Below are positions 1-9,942 of a stretch of DNA of 64,000 nt, in pieces; positions within the stretch are counted from its first letter, which is position 1, and each line of letters starts with the position of its first letter. The translations under genes and the position numbers were made by a program. Source of the DNA: Anaerolineae bacterium (GTDB taxonomy: Bacteria > Chloroflexota > Anaerolineae > Anaerolineales > Villigracilaceae); assembly GCA_030123675.1 (NCBI GenBank), contig JASJYH010000004.1, positions 184 to 64,183 on the forward strand, written 5' to 3'. The notes under the pieces were generated by a model that worked only from the letters and a program-made list of their open reading frames with translations, made no database searches and had not been told where the DNA came from.

Positions 1-862
1 TCATCCCAACCGCTGACGAGGCCTTCATCGACTAATTGGCGAAGATAGCGCTTGCTCAGGATTGTGTAATTGATATTCAAGCGCGCAAACTCAATCTGGC
101 GCGGTTTGAATACATTCAACTGATCCAAAAACCATTCGTACAGCGGGCGGTGATTTTCATATTCGAGCGAGCAAAGCGAATGGGTGATGCCTTCCATCGA
201 GTCGTTCTGACCATGCGACCAATCGTACATCGGATAAATTTTCCAGGTGAATCCGGTACGATGATGAGCGGGCTTGTGGATAATGCGATAAAGGACCGGG
301 TCGCGCATATTGAGGTTGGGATGGGCCATATCGATTTTTGCACGCAGCACGCGGGAGCCGTCAGGAAATTCACCCGATTTCATCTTTTCGAGCAGGTCCA
401 AATTCTCTTCCACGGATCGGTTCCGAAATGGGCTTTCAACGCCCGGCTCAGTTAATGTTCCGCGATTAATACGGACTTCATCTGGGGTTTGATCATCGAC
501 ATAGGCTTTTCCATTTTTGACCAGTTTTACTGCCCACTCATAGAGCTCATCGAAATAATCGGATGCGTAGGTTTCCTTGACCCATTCGATACCCAGCCAT
601 TTTGCATCTTCTTTTATGGCCTCCACATATTCCAGATCTTCCTTGACGGGATTGGTATCGTCAAAGCGTAGATAAAGCTCGCCACCTTGTTCTTTTGCGA
701 TCAAATAATCAATTAGGAAGGCCTTAGCATGGCCGATATGCAGGTACCCATTGGGTTCGGGGGGCAGACGCGTACGGACGGTTTTGAAGCGGCCTGCCTT
801 CAAATCTTCTGCGACGGCCTCGCGGATAAAATCAGTTGGTTGGCTGTCTTCGTTTTGGGTCA
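1..862 (-). CDS. glnS: Glutaminyl-tRNA synthetase, N-terminal part (3' end of gene lies beyond the left window edge)
   Basis: Reverse-strand ATG at 862. The translation begins [49 protein letters not shown]...[30 protein letters not shown]. It carries the class I HIGH motif and the LRFDDTNP block typical of GlnRS. The frame stays open to position 1, which is why it is absent from the ORF track. Confidence 0.85.
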
Positions 863-1210
863 TATCCTCAACCTTTAGTGCCTAATATATTTATTGGGCT
901 ATTGGAAACGCTTATTGTCATTACGAACAGCTAGGGACGAGCAGTCTTTGCAGTGGTTGATATCTAATTACCGATTAAAGTGACCCAACCTGCGGGGGAT
1001 AATTCCTCGCCATAAAATATCCGAAATGACATTCCAAATAGTTAGCAATTATCCCACATTCCAAATCCTAAGTTCTCAGTGAAATTGGAGCAGAAAATGG
1101 GATACTAACAATACGAGTGTAGTCCATATCATATTGCCGATTTATTCCCCGAAGTAGGGCTATAGTTTGACTTCTATTTCTGAGCATGGTAAAATTTTGG
1201 CCGCTGAAGG

Positions 1211-1281
1211 TGGGGGCTCGTCTAATGGTAGGACGGCTGTTTCTGGAACAGTAAGTAATGGTTCGAATCCATTGCCCCCAG
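1211..1281 (+). tRNA. tRNA-Gln (anticodon CUG)
   Basis: Cloverleaf by eye: acceptor TGGGGGC/GCCCCCA, anticodon stem GCTGT/ACAGT with loop TTCTGGA (CTG), T arm AATGG-TTCGAAT-CCATT. U1-A72 and G73 match tRNA-Gln. CCA is not encoded. Confidence 0.85.
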
Positions 1282-1302
1282 CATATATGAGTTTTGGGGG
1301 GC

Positions 1303-2295
1303 TTATTTGGGGTCTAATAGATTGATTTCCCATTTAGCATTGCTCACCCGAATCGAAGTCACATTACCAGGCCAATATAAAAATGACCAGTAGCTGGCGC
1401 CCCGTAAGGTAGACGGGTTGCGCCCTGTAGTAATTATTATATGATTGGGGGTGTAATGCGCAAAATATGTTTCTCTGTTGATCGATGCCCGCCCAAGGGT
1501 GGGGTCCAGCGCCACCCAGCCAACTTGGGGCAAATAGACATCCAGCCAGGCGTGCTCGGTCTGAGCTAACCCTTCTTTTTTCTCATTTTCTTTTAAATAC
1601 AACAAGCCTTCATAATAACGGGCCGGGATGCCTTCTGAGCGGCTTAGAGCAATCACAAGCGAAGCATATTCGGTGCAGTCTGATCCCATGCGCCCAAAAG
1701 TTGCTTGGGCACCCCACGCGTTGCGGTTAAAGGTATAAATTAATTCGTCGCCAGCTTGATCGTAAAATGCGCGCACCTGATCGCAGACAGATTCTTTCCC
1801 AATCGAAAGGTCCTTGGCAAGCCCAAATATTTGTGGGTTGGCCGATTCGATGTGCAATTCGGGTTGGGTGAATTGATCTGGGAGATCACCAACGCAGGCG
1901 CCCAGGTTATAAATAATTTCATTTACAGATAGTTGATATTCGATTTCTATCGAAATTTCCTCCCCGGGAGGATGGTCGCTGAGATCGAACTCTGCGTATT
2001 CGTTTCCATATTCGTCAGTCACTAAAGTGTACTTGTCCGTGGAGATTATTCTTGAATGGACCTGCTGGTAGGGTGGAAAATCACGGATGAGTGCAACCCA
2101 CAAGTTCGCTTTTGCGGGCGGCTGGTCGCCTTCATTTACCAAAGTCAATTGTTGTCTAACGGTATACTCTCTGGTTGCGGTAACAGAGGCGAATGATGAG
2201 AGCGTATCCTCCGAAATTATTGGGCTTTCGGAGCCGCAAGCCGAACTAATTAATAGTAATGTGAAAATCCAACTTTTTCCCTTGCTTAAAACCAC
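1303..2295 (-). CDS. Transglutaminase-like (papain-fold) lipoprotein
   Basis: 330 aa. Signal peptide with lipobox LLISSAC. Cys-His-Asp triad context: GSDCTEYASL, TEHAWLDVY, VALDPT. Confidence 0.7.
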   Translation of the reverse strand: MVLSKGKSWIFTLLLISSACGSESPIISEDTLSSFASVTATREYTVRQQLTLVNEGDQPPAKANLWVALIRDFPPYQQVHSRIISTDKYTLVTDEYGNEYAEFDLSDHPPGEEISIEIEYQLSVNEIIYNLGACVGDLPDQFTQPELHIESANPQIFGLAKDLSIGKESVCDQVRAFYDQAGDELIYTFNRNAWGAQATFGRMGSDCTEYASLVIALSRSEGIPARYYEGLLYLKENEKKEGLAQTEHAWLDVYLPQVGWVALDPTLGRASINRETYFAHYTPNHIIITTGRNPSTLRGASYWSFLYWPGNVTSIRVSNAKWEINLLDPK

Positions 2296-2350
2296 TATCT
2301 CATTACTCCAAATTTACAATTGCTGAAACTGAAGAATTGCTATTCCTTCG

Positions 2351-3079
2351 CTATTGATCATTTAACCCAAGGAGTTCTTTTTCTTGCTCGCCCAAGCTCG
2401 CTGCTATTTCAGGCGGAATATGTTGTCTGCGATTGTCTGCGTGGGGTATATCGGCTCTTAAATAATGGGCCAAAATTGCCCGGCGATGTCCATCCGTATT
2501 GTTGGGACGGCCCGCGTGCCAACAATGACCGTTAAATACAAGCACATCTCCAGCCTGGCCCTCGACAATAATTTCTTTTGGATGGACTGCATATAAATCC
2601 TGTAAACCTTCCTTGGGCAGAGCCTCAAACAAATGCGATCCAGGAACGAGACGCGTCGCACCATTTTCGACCGTAAAATCATCTAACATCCAAATGGCTG
2701 TACAAGCGTTAAACCCTAGTTCATCTTGTTTTGTAGCGTTATCCGTGTCGCAGTGATATGGCATTATGGCCCCGGTCTGCGGAGGAACATCCCGTGCATT
2801 TAACATACTTAACCTAATTTCTGGTCCCATAACGAACTCCACAATTTCCAAAATATCAGCGTGCGAATAAATTTTAATGAAAATATTGCCTTTGTTGGCC
2901 AAATTTGCGAGCCGCCGAATGTCGGGCTCGATATAATTTTCAATCCCTGCTGCCTGGCCTTCTTCCTCCCATAATTTTTCAAGCCGTGCTCGCAAATTAA
3001 TCAATTCAGTGGTTGAAACGACATTTTTTAGCAGAAGGTATCCATCTAATTCAAGTTGGGTAATTTGTTTATCGTTCAT
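2351..3079 (-). CDS. Phytanoyl-CoA dioxygenase (PhyH) family Fe(II)/2-oxoglutarate oxygenase
   Basis: 242 aa. HxD motif (PYHCDTD) and distal His (GHCWHAG), with overall PhyH-like sequence. Confidence 0.65.
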   Translation of the reverse strand: MNDKQITQLELDGYLLLKNVVSTTELINLRARLEKLWEEEGQAAGIENYIEPDIRRLANLANKGNIFIKIYSHADILEIVEFVMGPEIRLSMLNARDVPPQTGAIMPYHCDTDNATKQDELGFNACTAIWMLDDFTVENGATRLVPGSHLFEALPKEGLQDLYAVHPKEIIVEGQAGDVLVFNGHCWHAGRPNNTDGHRRAILAHYLRADIPHADNRRQHIPPEIAASLGEQEKELLGLNDQ

Positions 3080-3225
3080 CTCGGCCTCTGATAAAAATAG
3101 GTTCTAACAGTTTATGGGAATATCAACAATATGGCAAGCCTGAAATCTATTTATCAATTATAGGATTGATTGGTGAGAATTAAATTAATTAGAGCGGCTT
3201 ATTCGCTATGGTATAGTAACGGCTT

Positions 3226-3891
3226 GTGAAGCTCAAAATAGACCATCTCATTCGCAGCAAACGAAGGACACTTTCACTCATCGTCGAGACAGACGGGACC
3301 TTGACTGTGCGTGCGCCTCAACGGATGAAAGAAACCGCCATCCGGAAATTTGTCGAGCAGCAGGGGGACTGGATCAAACGGAAGCAAGCTCGAGCCCAGG
3401 AAGATGCGCTGCCTGAGCGTCAGTTTGTCCCTGGGGAATATTTCATGTATCTAGGGGAAGAGTTTCCGCTGCGCCTCGTTCAACGCCAAAAACCTGCTCT
3501 CGTTATGGACAAAGTCTTCAAGCTGAGCGAATCCGCCCAGCCCCAGGCCAAGTCCGTTTTTGAGGCTTGGTACAAAAATCAAGCAGGCACGCTGATTCCG
3601 GAGCGAGTCAATCTATATGCGCGTAGGGATAAGTTCAAGTTTAATAAACTGCGCATTTCGTCGGCCCGGAAGCGTTGGGGCTCGTGTAGTGCCAAAAGGA
3701 CCTTGAGTTTTACCTGGCGATTGGTGATGGCGCCCTTGGATGTGATCGATTATGTGGTCGTGCATGAATTATGCCATCTTATACGCCTGGATCATTCAGA
3801 AAAATATTGGGATTTAGTGGCAGGGATATTGCCCGATTACAAACTGAAGCGGAAATGGTTGAAAGATAACGGCCGCTTTTTGATTTTATAA
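3226..3891 (+). CDS. YgjP/DUF45-like (M48-related) metal-dependent hydrolase
   Basis: 221 aa, GTG start. HELCHL zinc motif followed by DHSEKYW; N-terminal RSKRRTLSL block typical of the family. Confidence 0.7.
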   Translation: MKLKIDHLIRSKRRTLSLIVETDGTLTVRAPQRMKETAIRKFVEQQGDWIKRKQARAQEDALPERQFVPGEYFMYLGEEFPLRLVQRQKPALVMDKVFKLSESAQPQAKSVFEAWYKNQAGTLIPERVNLYARRDKFKFNKLRISSARKRWGSCSAKRTLSFTWRLVMAPLDVIDYVVVHELCHLIRLDHSEKYWDLVAGILPDYKLKRKWLKDNGRFLIL

Positions 3892-4307
3892 CCAATAAAC
3901 TTGTTGAAATTAAACCTCTTCAAAATAATTATTACTCCAAAAAGAGTGTTATCTTAATTCAACGGAGGCGCAATTGGGGGTTAATTGAGCAAATATATCC
4001 CTTAAGGCAACCATCATTCCTCTTGAGATCTCAATCCATACAGATAAGATGGTTTGTTTAAAGAGACAAGACTTCCATACTTCCTCCAAAATTCCTTCAG
4101 AATTTCTCCAGATTTGATATCTATAATTGGATTATTGATCAAATTTAATCCAGCCATAATTGGTTAGTATAAGGAGAAATTTTATGCTTAAGAAAAAATA
4201 TTAGCACTTTATATTAGGAAAACCGTCAGGCTAGCAGGCTAACCCCAAGGGGTTTGAGTCCAGCTTGGCAAGAGAACAATAGATTAGAAATCTGGAGGTA
4301 AATTAAA

Positions 4308-4793
4308 ATGTCAAAACGAAAAACTTTAACGATAGTTGGTTTGCTTAGTGCTATCGCGTTATTCATAATTGGTACGGTTCTGTTTCTCAATCAAAGCAAT
4401 CTCGATCAAGGTGGCAAAGCGCTCACAAATAGGCACTCACGCATCTCAGAGCCATTCCGCTTTTCTTTGGCGGCTGAGTGTGAGGATGACGACGAGGCTG
4501 AATTCGGGGCAAGCCTTGAAGTTGACTGTGTAGAAGGTGATCGTGGCGGCCGCGATGATGATGATCGTGAAGGCTATGATGATGACGATGACGGAATCTT
4601 TTCAAGCCGTGGTTTTAGAGGCGGCTTTGGCAGGGCGATTGGCCCCATGTTATTCTTAGCCCCCGCTCTGTTGGTTGTAGCGGTTTTTGGAGGCGCCTGG
4701 GCCTTTCGGCGAGCACGCAGCAAACCAAATACTTTTACAAATGATGATTCATCGGAAGGTGATGACGAAGAAGAGTACGGCAAAAGTGAGTAA
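4308..4793 (+). CDS. Hypothetical two-TM protein with extremely acidic (Asp/Glu-rich) loop and tail
   Basis: 161 aa. N-terminal TM (LTIVGLLSAIALFIIGTVLFL), then the acidic stretch ECEDDDEAEF...GRDDDDREGYDDDDDG, a second TM (MLFLAPALLVVAVFGGAWAF) and an acidic C-tail. SD-like GGAGG upstream of the ATG. Confidence 0.5.
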   Translation: MSKRKTLTIVGLLSAIALFIIGTVLFLNQSNLDQGGKALTNRHSRISEPFRFSLAAECEDDDEAEFGASLEVDCVEGDRGGRDDDDREGYDDDDDGIFSSRGFRGGFGRAIGPMLFLAPALLVVAVFGGAWAFRRARSKPNTFTNDDSSEGDDEEEYGKSE

Positions 4794-4893
4794 ACAATAG
4801 AAGTTAGTAGCTATAAATAATTAATATATTTCTTAGCTACTAGCCTCGAATTTGCCGTGAGTACCAACCAGCGCTTATTGTATACTTATCCCT

Positions 4894-5592
4894 ATGACTC
4901 AACGAATACTTGTCGTCGATGACGATAAAGAAATAGTCCGATTAATCCGCAGCTATCTTGAGAAATCAGGTTACGAAGTCCTAACAGCCTATACTGGCGA
5001 AACTGCCTTACACACGATCCGTCGGGACAAACCCGATCTGATCGTGCTTGACCTGGTGCTACCCGACCGTGACGGCTGGGATCTGACCCGCATCATCCGC
5101 TCCGATGAAAAGCTGCAGGCTTTGCCTATCATCATGCTGAGCGCGCGGGTTGAGGATACGGATAAAATAGTAGGCCTTGAAATTGGGGCCGATGACTACA
5201 TTACAAAGCCGTTCAACCCACATGAAGTGCTTGCCCGTGTGCGGGCACTGCTGCGGCGAGCACAGCCCGGCCTGACCGCATTGCCGGCCGTGTTATTGAT
5301 AAACGGCCTAAAACTTGACATTGACCAACGGGCGCTTTGGGTTCAGGACAATTCTGTTGACCTAACCCCCACCGAGTTCGAAATATTAAAGGTATTTATG
5401 GAATCCCCCAATTTTGTGTTCACCCGGGATGAATTGATCGAAAAATCAATGGGATATGCTGTTGAAGGATTGGGCCGCACTCTCGACAGCCACATTAAAA
5501 ACCTACGCCAAAAAATTGAACCTGACCCGCATAATCCCGCGTACATCCAAACCGTACACGGGGTAGGCTACAAGATGGTTACACGAGACTAA
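4894..5592 (+). CDS. OmpR/PhoB-family response regulator (REC + winged helix)
   Basis: 232 aa. VVDDD, LIVLDLVLPDRDG and ITKPF receiver motifs; C-terminal LTPTEFEILKVF...VHGVGYKM winged-helix motif. Confidence 0.9.
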   Translation: MTQRILVVDDDKEIVRLIRSYLEKSGYEVLTAYTGETALHTIRRDKPDLIVLDLVLPDRDGWDLTRIIRSDEKLQALPIIMLSARVEDTDKIVGLEIGADDYITKPFNPHEVLARVRALLRRAQPGLTALPAVLLINGLKLDIDQRALWVQDNSVDLTPTEFEILKVFMESPNFVFTRDELIEKSMGYAVEGLGRTLDSHIKNLRQKIEPDPHNPAYIQTVHGVGYKMVTRD

Positions 5593-5596
5593 ACCG

Positions 5597-6739
5597 ATGA
5601 ACCGACTCTGGATTCGGATCAGCCTAACGATTGTAGGCATCATCTTGTTCCTCGTAATCCTGCCTTTGGCTTTCAGCATTGGTCGCCAGACCTTTGATTT
5701 TGACGATAATCGCCTGGGATTCGATGACCGGGGCAGTTTATTCGAGCGGACCTTCTTTATTCGGGAAGAATCAGACGATTCGCATGAAGAAGGATTTGAA
5801 GATGACGATTTATATGCGCCTGTACCGGGCTATCTTGTGCTCCGTTCTGTCCTGCAGATCATGGTTGTGGTAACGATTGTTGCCGTAATCGCAGGCATTG
5901 TGCTCAGCAGGAGTTTGATCAAACCGCTCGACAACTTGGTTAAAGGGGCCCGTGCGCTTGCGGCCCATGATTTAAGTCAGCGGGTTGTCGTTAAGGGCAG
6001 TCTCGAGATGCAATCTGTCGCGCGCGCGTTCAATGAAATGGCCGATGAACTCGAAACAGCAGAGACGCTTCGCAGCAACATGCTGACCGACGTCGCCCAT
6101 GAGCTGCGAACCCCGCTCACGGTGTTACAGGGAAACCTGCGTGCAATTCTTGATGATATCTATGCACTCGACAAATCTGAAATTGCGCGCCTGTATGACC
6201 AGACCCGCCACTTAACCCGGCTGGTCAACGATTTGCGCGAAATAGCCCAGGCAGAAGCGAATCAGCTCAAGCTTGATCTTGTTCCGATTGATTTGGCGAA
6301 GCTGGTTAAAGATGCTGGAATTAACTTTTCGCCTATCGCCGAAGCCGAGGGAATTAATTTGGAGCTGCAGATCCCAGATAAGGTGCCATCCATTCAGGGG
6401 GACGCGGCCCGGCTGACCCAGTGTCTGCATAATCTAATTGATAACGCGTTGAGGCACACACCTCGTGCTGGAACTATTCAAATTAAGCTGCAAGCAGGAA
6501 AGAAATTCGTTAAAATAAGCGTATCCAACGATGGCGATGGAATTAGTGCGGAACACCTGCCCCATGTATTCGACCGCTTTTATCGTTATGTCAATGCCGG
6601 GGATCGCAAGTATTCCGGCTCGGGATTGGGATTAGCAATCGTTAAATCGATGGTTGAATTGCACGGGGGCGACGTACGGGTTGAGAGCCAGGGCTCCGGG
6701 AAAGGGACAGTATTCGTCATCCGATTACCAATAAGTTGA
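5597..6739 (+). CDS. Sensor histidine kinase (2 TM, acidic sensor loop, HAMP, HisKA, HATPase_c)
   Basis: 380 aa. H-box DVAHELRTPLT, N-box NLIDNALRHT, G-boxes SNDGDGI and GSGLGLAIV. Starts 4 nt after the upstream response regulator gene. Confidence 0.9.
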   Translation: MNRLWIRISLTIVGIILFLVILPLAFSIGRQTFDFDDNRLGFDDRGSLFERTFFIREESDDSHEEGFEDDDLYAPVPGYLVLRSVLQIMVVVTIVAVIAGIVLSRSLIKPLDNLVKGARALAAHDLSQRVVVKGSLEMQSVARAFNEMADELETAETLRSNMLTDVAHELRTPLTVLQGNLRAILDDIYALDKSEIARLYDQTRHLTRLVNDLREIAQAEANQLKLDLVPIDLAKLVKDAGINFSPIAEAEGINLELQIPDKVPSIQGDAARLTQCLHNLIDNALRHTPRAGTIQIKLQAGKKFVKISVSNDGDGISAEHLPHVFDRFYRYVNAGDRKYSGSGLGLAIVKSMVELHGGDVRVESQGSGKGTVFVIRLPIS

Positions 6740-6977
6740 CTTGGGGTTCCATCCAATATTTCCCCCTATATTTGGGAGAACAAAGTTAGGCTAAACGTGG
6801 GCAATTATTGTCTATTTACCCCCTTACAATTACATGGATATAGAACTGATCACCATATGTGAGAGTTTTAAGCTTTACAAATGAACCGGAAAGATAGCCG
6901 GGGTTATTGCCCAGCCAGATGATGTCCCAAATAATTTGTAATTCCGGTTTGAGTAAAGAAGTCAGGGTCTTATTGCC

Positions 6978-7319
6978 TTAATCAGCTTGAGAAAAATAGG
7001 CCAAATATTCTTCCCGGACAGGTGAAAAGACCTCGATCACAACCGACTGTTCCAATCCGGTGGCGCTGTGTTCTACATCGCCGGCGATGTTCCAACTGTC
7101 GCCAGGCTTGGCGATGTGTTTTTCTCCCTCTACTTGAAACTCCATTTGGCCGGAGATCAGAAAACCAGTCTGTTCGTGAGGGTGGCTATGAAGCGGCAAA
7201 TGCGCCCCTTTTTCGAAATGAACTTCGACCATTAAGGTTTTATCGCCATATACAAGAGTTTTAATACTAACGCCTTTGACAACTTCGGTGAATCTATTTT
7301 CTTTTTGTTTTTCAAACAT
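6978..7319 (-). CDS. Cupin-domain protein
   Basis: 113 aa. Cupin motifs HSHPHEQTGFLISG and GDSWNIAGDVEHS. Confidence 0.7.
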   Translation of the reverse strand: MFEKQKENRFTEVVKGVSIKTLVYGDKTLMVEVHFEKGAHLPLHSHPHEQTGFLISGQMEFQVEGEKHIAKPGDSWNIAGDVEHSATGLEQSVVIEVFSPVREEYLAYFSQAD

Positions 7320-7420
7320 ATATGGCCTCGATTATTTTGGTCTAAATTTTGATCAATTTTAACAGCTGATCGAATATTGTACAGCTATATGCGTATAGCA
7401 AACGCATTGTTTTTAATAAA

Positions 7421-7457
7421 ATAAGGGCAAAGATACATATTTTATCCTTGCCCTTAT
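7421..7457 (-). terminator. Candidate intrinsic terminator downstream of secF
   Basis: Inverted repeat ATAAGGGCAA ... TTGCCCTTAT, followed on the minus strand by a T-rich run (TTTTATTTTATT). It lies about 20 nt after the secF stop. Confidence 0.45.
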
Positions 7458-7475
7458 TGTTTGGTTTTGCTTATT

Positions 7476-8387
7476 TTACGCTATGGCTTTTTTGGGACGG
7501 AACCAGGTAGTCCACTCTCGATTTTCCCAGACCACCAATATGGGCGCTGCGATGAATATGGATGAGTAGGTGCCGCTCATCAGGCCGACCAGCAGCACTA
7601 TTGAGAACTCTTGCAAACTCTCACCGCCAAACATGGCCAGTGCCAACAACAAGAATTCGACCGTCATTAACTGGGTGTTGATCGAACGTTGCAAGGTCTG
7701 GATGATGGAGTGATTGACCAGCGTTTCGTATTTCAGACGTCGGAAGATGTTGGCGTTCTCACGGATGCGATCGAAGACCACGATCGAATCTTGCATCGAA
7801 AAGCCGATCACGGTTAACAAGGCCGTTAGGAAGAGAGAGTTTATCTCCCAACCAAAGAAATAACTGCCGACCGCAGTTACGCTAAAAATTATGCCAACAT
7901 CATGCAACATTGCAATTATAGCGGAAATGCCATAGCGGAAGGCGTTCTTTATTCCCCGAAACGACCAAGCGATGAACAAAACCACCAAAACGGCAGCCAG
8001 CGCAACGGCTTGAGCGCCGCGGGTGGTCACTTGGGCCCCGATGCTGGGGCCAACGCTGTTGAACCGGAGTACATTTGGCTTGCCGATTGTGTCGCTGATC
8101 GCGGTTAAGATCTCATCCCGGATTTCATTTTCAAGAAATTCCGAACGGATGATGTATAAGTCCAATTCACTGGTTTGCACTTGGACCTCTTGAATGCCTG
8201 CGGATTCGTATATCGCGATAATTTCAGCTGGTTTAGGCCTTTTGCTATCAAAGGTGATTTCAAGTAAACTGCCGCCGATAAAATCGATCGAAAGGGGCAG
8301 TCCGCCTGTAAACAGGATGATTAGTCCAGGAATAATAAAAAGCAGGGACAATCCGAAGAAAAGGTAGCGTTTACCAAGAATATTCAT
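7476..8387 (-). CDS. secF: Protein translocase subunit SecF
   Basis: SecF-like multi-TM protein (FIGGSLLEITF, SIVVFDRIREN). I chose the ATG at 8387 (MNILGKRYLFFG), 13 nt after the secD stop, over the overlapping track start at 8447. Confidence 0.85.
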   Translation of the reverse strand: MNILGKRYLFFGLSLLFIIPGLIILFTGGLPLSIDFIGGSLLEITFDSKRPKPAEIIAIYESAGIQEVQVQTSELDLYIIRSEFLENEIRDEILTAISDTIGKPNVLRFNSVGPSIGAQVTTRGAQAVALAAVLVVLFIAWSFRGIKNAFRYGISAIIAMLHDVGIIFSVTAVGSYFFGWEINSLFLTALLTVIGFSMQDSIVVFDRIRENANIFRRLKYETLVNHSIIQTLQRSINTQLMTVEFLLLALAMFGGESLQEFSIVLLVGLMSGTYSSIFIAAPILVVWENREWTTWFRPKKAIA

Positions 8388-8400
8388 TAAAACTCTATTG

Positions 8401-9765
8401 CTAAATCCCGAACCAGCGTTCCAAGTTCTTGGGTTTGAACCATTCAAGAGCCAGCGCTAGTAAAGTGCGTGTGATATATAAGGCGGAGAACAAACTGATG
8501 AGCACTCCAATTGCCAAGGTTAGTGAAAAGCCTTTTACTATAGTAGCCCCAAATGTATTCCCAAACCAATATAGAATGCCAGAAGTGATTAGAATGGCGA
8601 TGTTTGAATCACGGATGGAAGGCCAAGCCCGAGTCCAGGCCTGGCCAAAAGATTGTTTGAGTGTTTTCCCGTTACGCAACTCTTCTTTAAGGCGTTCGAA
8701 AACCAGGATATTCGCGTCTAAGGCTGAGCCGGTACTGAGCATGATCCCAGCAATACCCGGCAATGTTAGGGTCACGCCAATTAGCTTGAATACTGCCAGC
8801 AAAATAATTGCATACATAATTATCGAAATATTGGCCATGATACCTGGTAGGCGATAGTAGATGCCCATGAATAAAATAACAATAATGATCCCAATTAAGC
8901 CGGCCCGCAGGCTGCGATTGAGCGAATCTTCACCAAGGGTGGGTCCGATGATGCGCGTCTCGACAACCTTCAAAGGAATTGGCAGGGAACCGTAGCGCAA
9001 CTGCACGGCCAGGGCGTTGGCCGAATCGTTTGTAAAATTACCGCTAATTGTGCCACTGCCATCTGGAATGGATCCCTGTATTACTGGGGATGAAATAACT
9101 TGCTTATCAAGAACAATCGAAAGATACTTGCCTATGTTGGCCGCAGTGTATGTGGCAAAAATATCGGTCCCATTGGGTTTAAGTTCGAACGCTACCAAGA
9201 TTTCCCCTGTAAATTGATCTCGGGTTACATTTACCCTAAGCAGATCACTGCCAGTCATAACCGTATGGTAAATGGTAGACTCAGCCGGCTCATCAATCGG
9301 GGTCTCGTTATCTGCTTGCACACCAAAATCTGTCTGGATTACCAAACCGGCTGGTAAAGGAATATCGCCAGCATCAACAAACTCGAGTAAGCCTGTTTGT
9401 TGAATGGTAGCGAGCACATCCTGCGCTTGTTCCAAGCCGGGAAATTCGCCCACAATCAAGCGATCTCCAGCGACCTGAAGAACATTTTCACTCACCCCCA
9501 ACGCGTTGGTTCGATTTTCCAAGATGCGTCTTGCCGTTTCCATTGACTCGGCATCTATGTCGGCATTTTCAGGCAAATCCGCTTCAAGCAGCACTTGCAA
9601 GCCGCCCCGTAAGTCGAGACCCAGCCGGGTGGATATGTTTCGATCAATAAGGCGCTGGTCGTTGAAGGGGTTGTAGAGGATCAGGGTATCATTCAGGTCG
9701 ATCCACAGCCCCAACGCCAATATGGCCAAAATGATGATCAAGCGGTTATAGGCGTTTTGAATCAT
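8401..9765 (-). CDS. secD: Protein translocase subunit SecD
   Basis: 454 aa. LGLDLRGG, VLDKQVISSPVIQ and DANILVFERLKEE blocks are typical of SecD. Confidence 0.85.
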   Translation of the reverse strand: MIQNAYNRLIIILAILALGLWIDLNDTLILYNPFNDQRLIDRNISTRLGLDLRGGLQVLLEADLPENADIDAESMETARRILENRTNALGVSENVLQVAGDRLIVGEFPGLEQAQDVLATIQQTGLLEFVDAGDIPLPAGLVIQTDFGVQADNETPIDEPAESTIYHTVMTGSDLLRVNVTRDQFTGEILVAFELKPNGTDIFATYTAANIGKYLSIVLDKQVISSPVIQGSIPDGSGTISGNFTNDSANALAVQLRYGSLPIPLKVVETRIIGPTLGEDSLNRSLRAGLIGIIIVILFMGIYYRLPGIMANISIIMYAIILLAVFKLIGVTLTLPGIAGIMLSTGSALDANILVFERLKEELRNGKTLKQSFGQAWTRAWPSIRDSNIAILITSGILYWFGNTFGATIVKGFSLTLAIGVLISLFSALYITRTLLALALEWFKPKNLERWFGI

Positions 9766-9942
9766 GTCGTGAAGAGTCTCCGTCCAACAAAATACCAGCC
9801 TCAGGCTGGCGGGGGTGATTATACACCCATTGTATGTCGTTCGGTAGGGCTTATTTGGAAAAACCTGCCTCTAGCGCCCCCACTTGATTTGGAGAGAAGG
9901 ATCCTTGCCCCGCTCGAAGTGGCGCAAGTTAGGTGCGGGCCA

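Noticed and set aside
36-671. Plus-strand ORFs 36-455, 310-492 and 489-671 in the track
   Set aside because: They lie antisense to, or out of frame with, a clear GlnRS reading frame on the minus strand, and their translations have no recognisable motifs. They are shadow ORFs.
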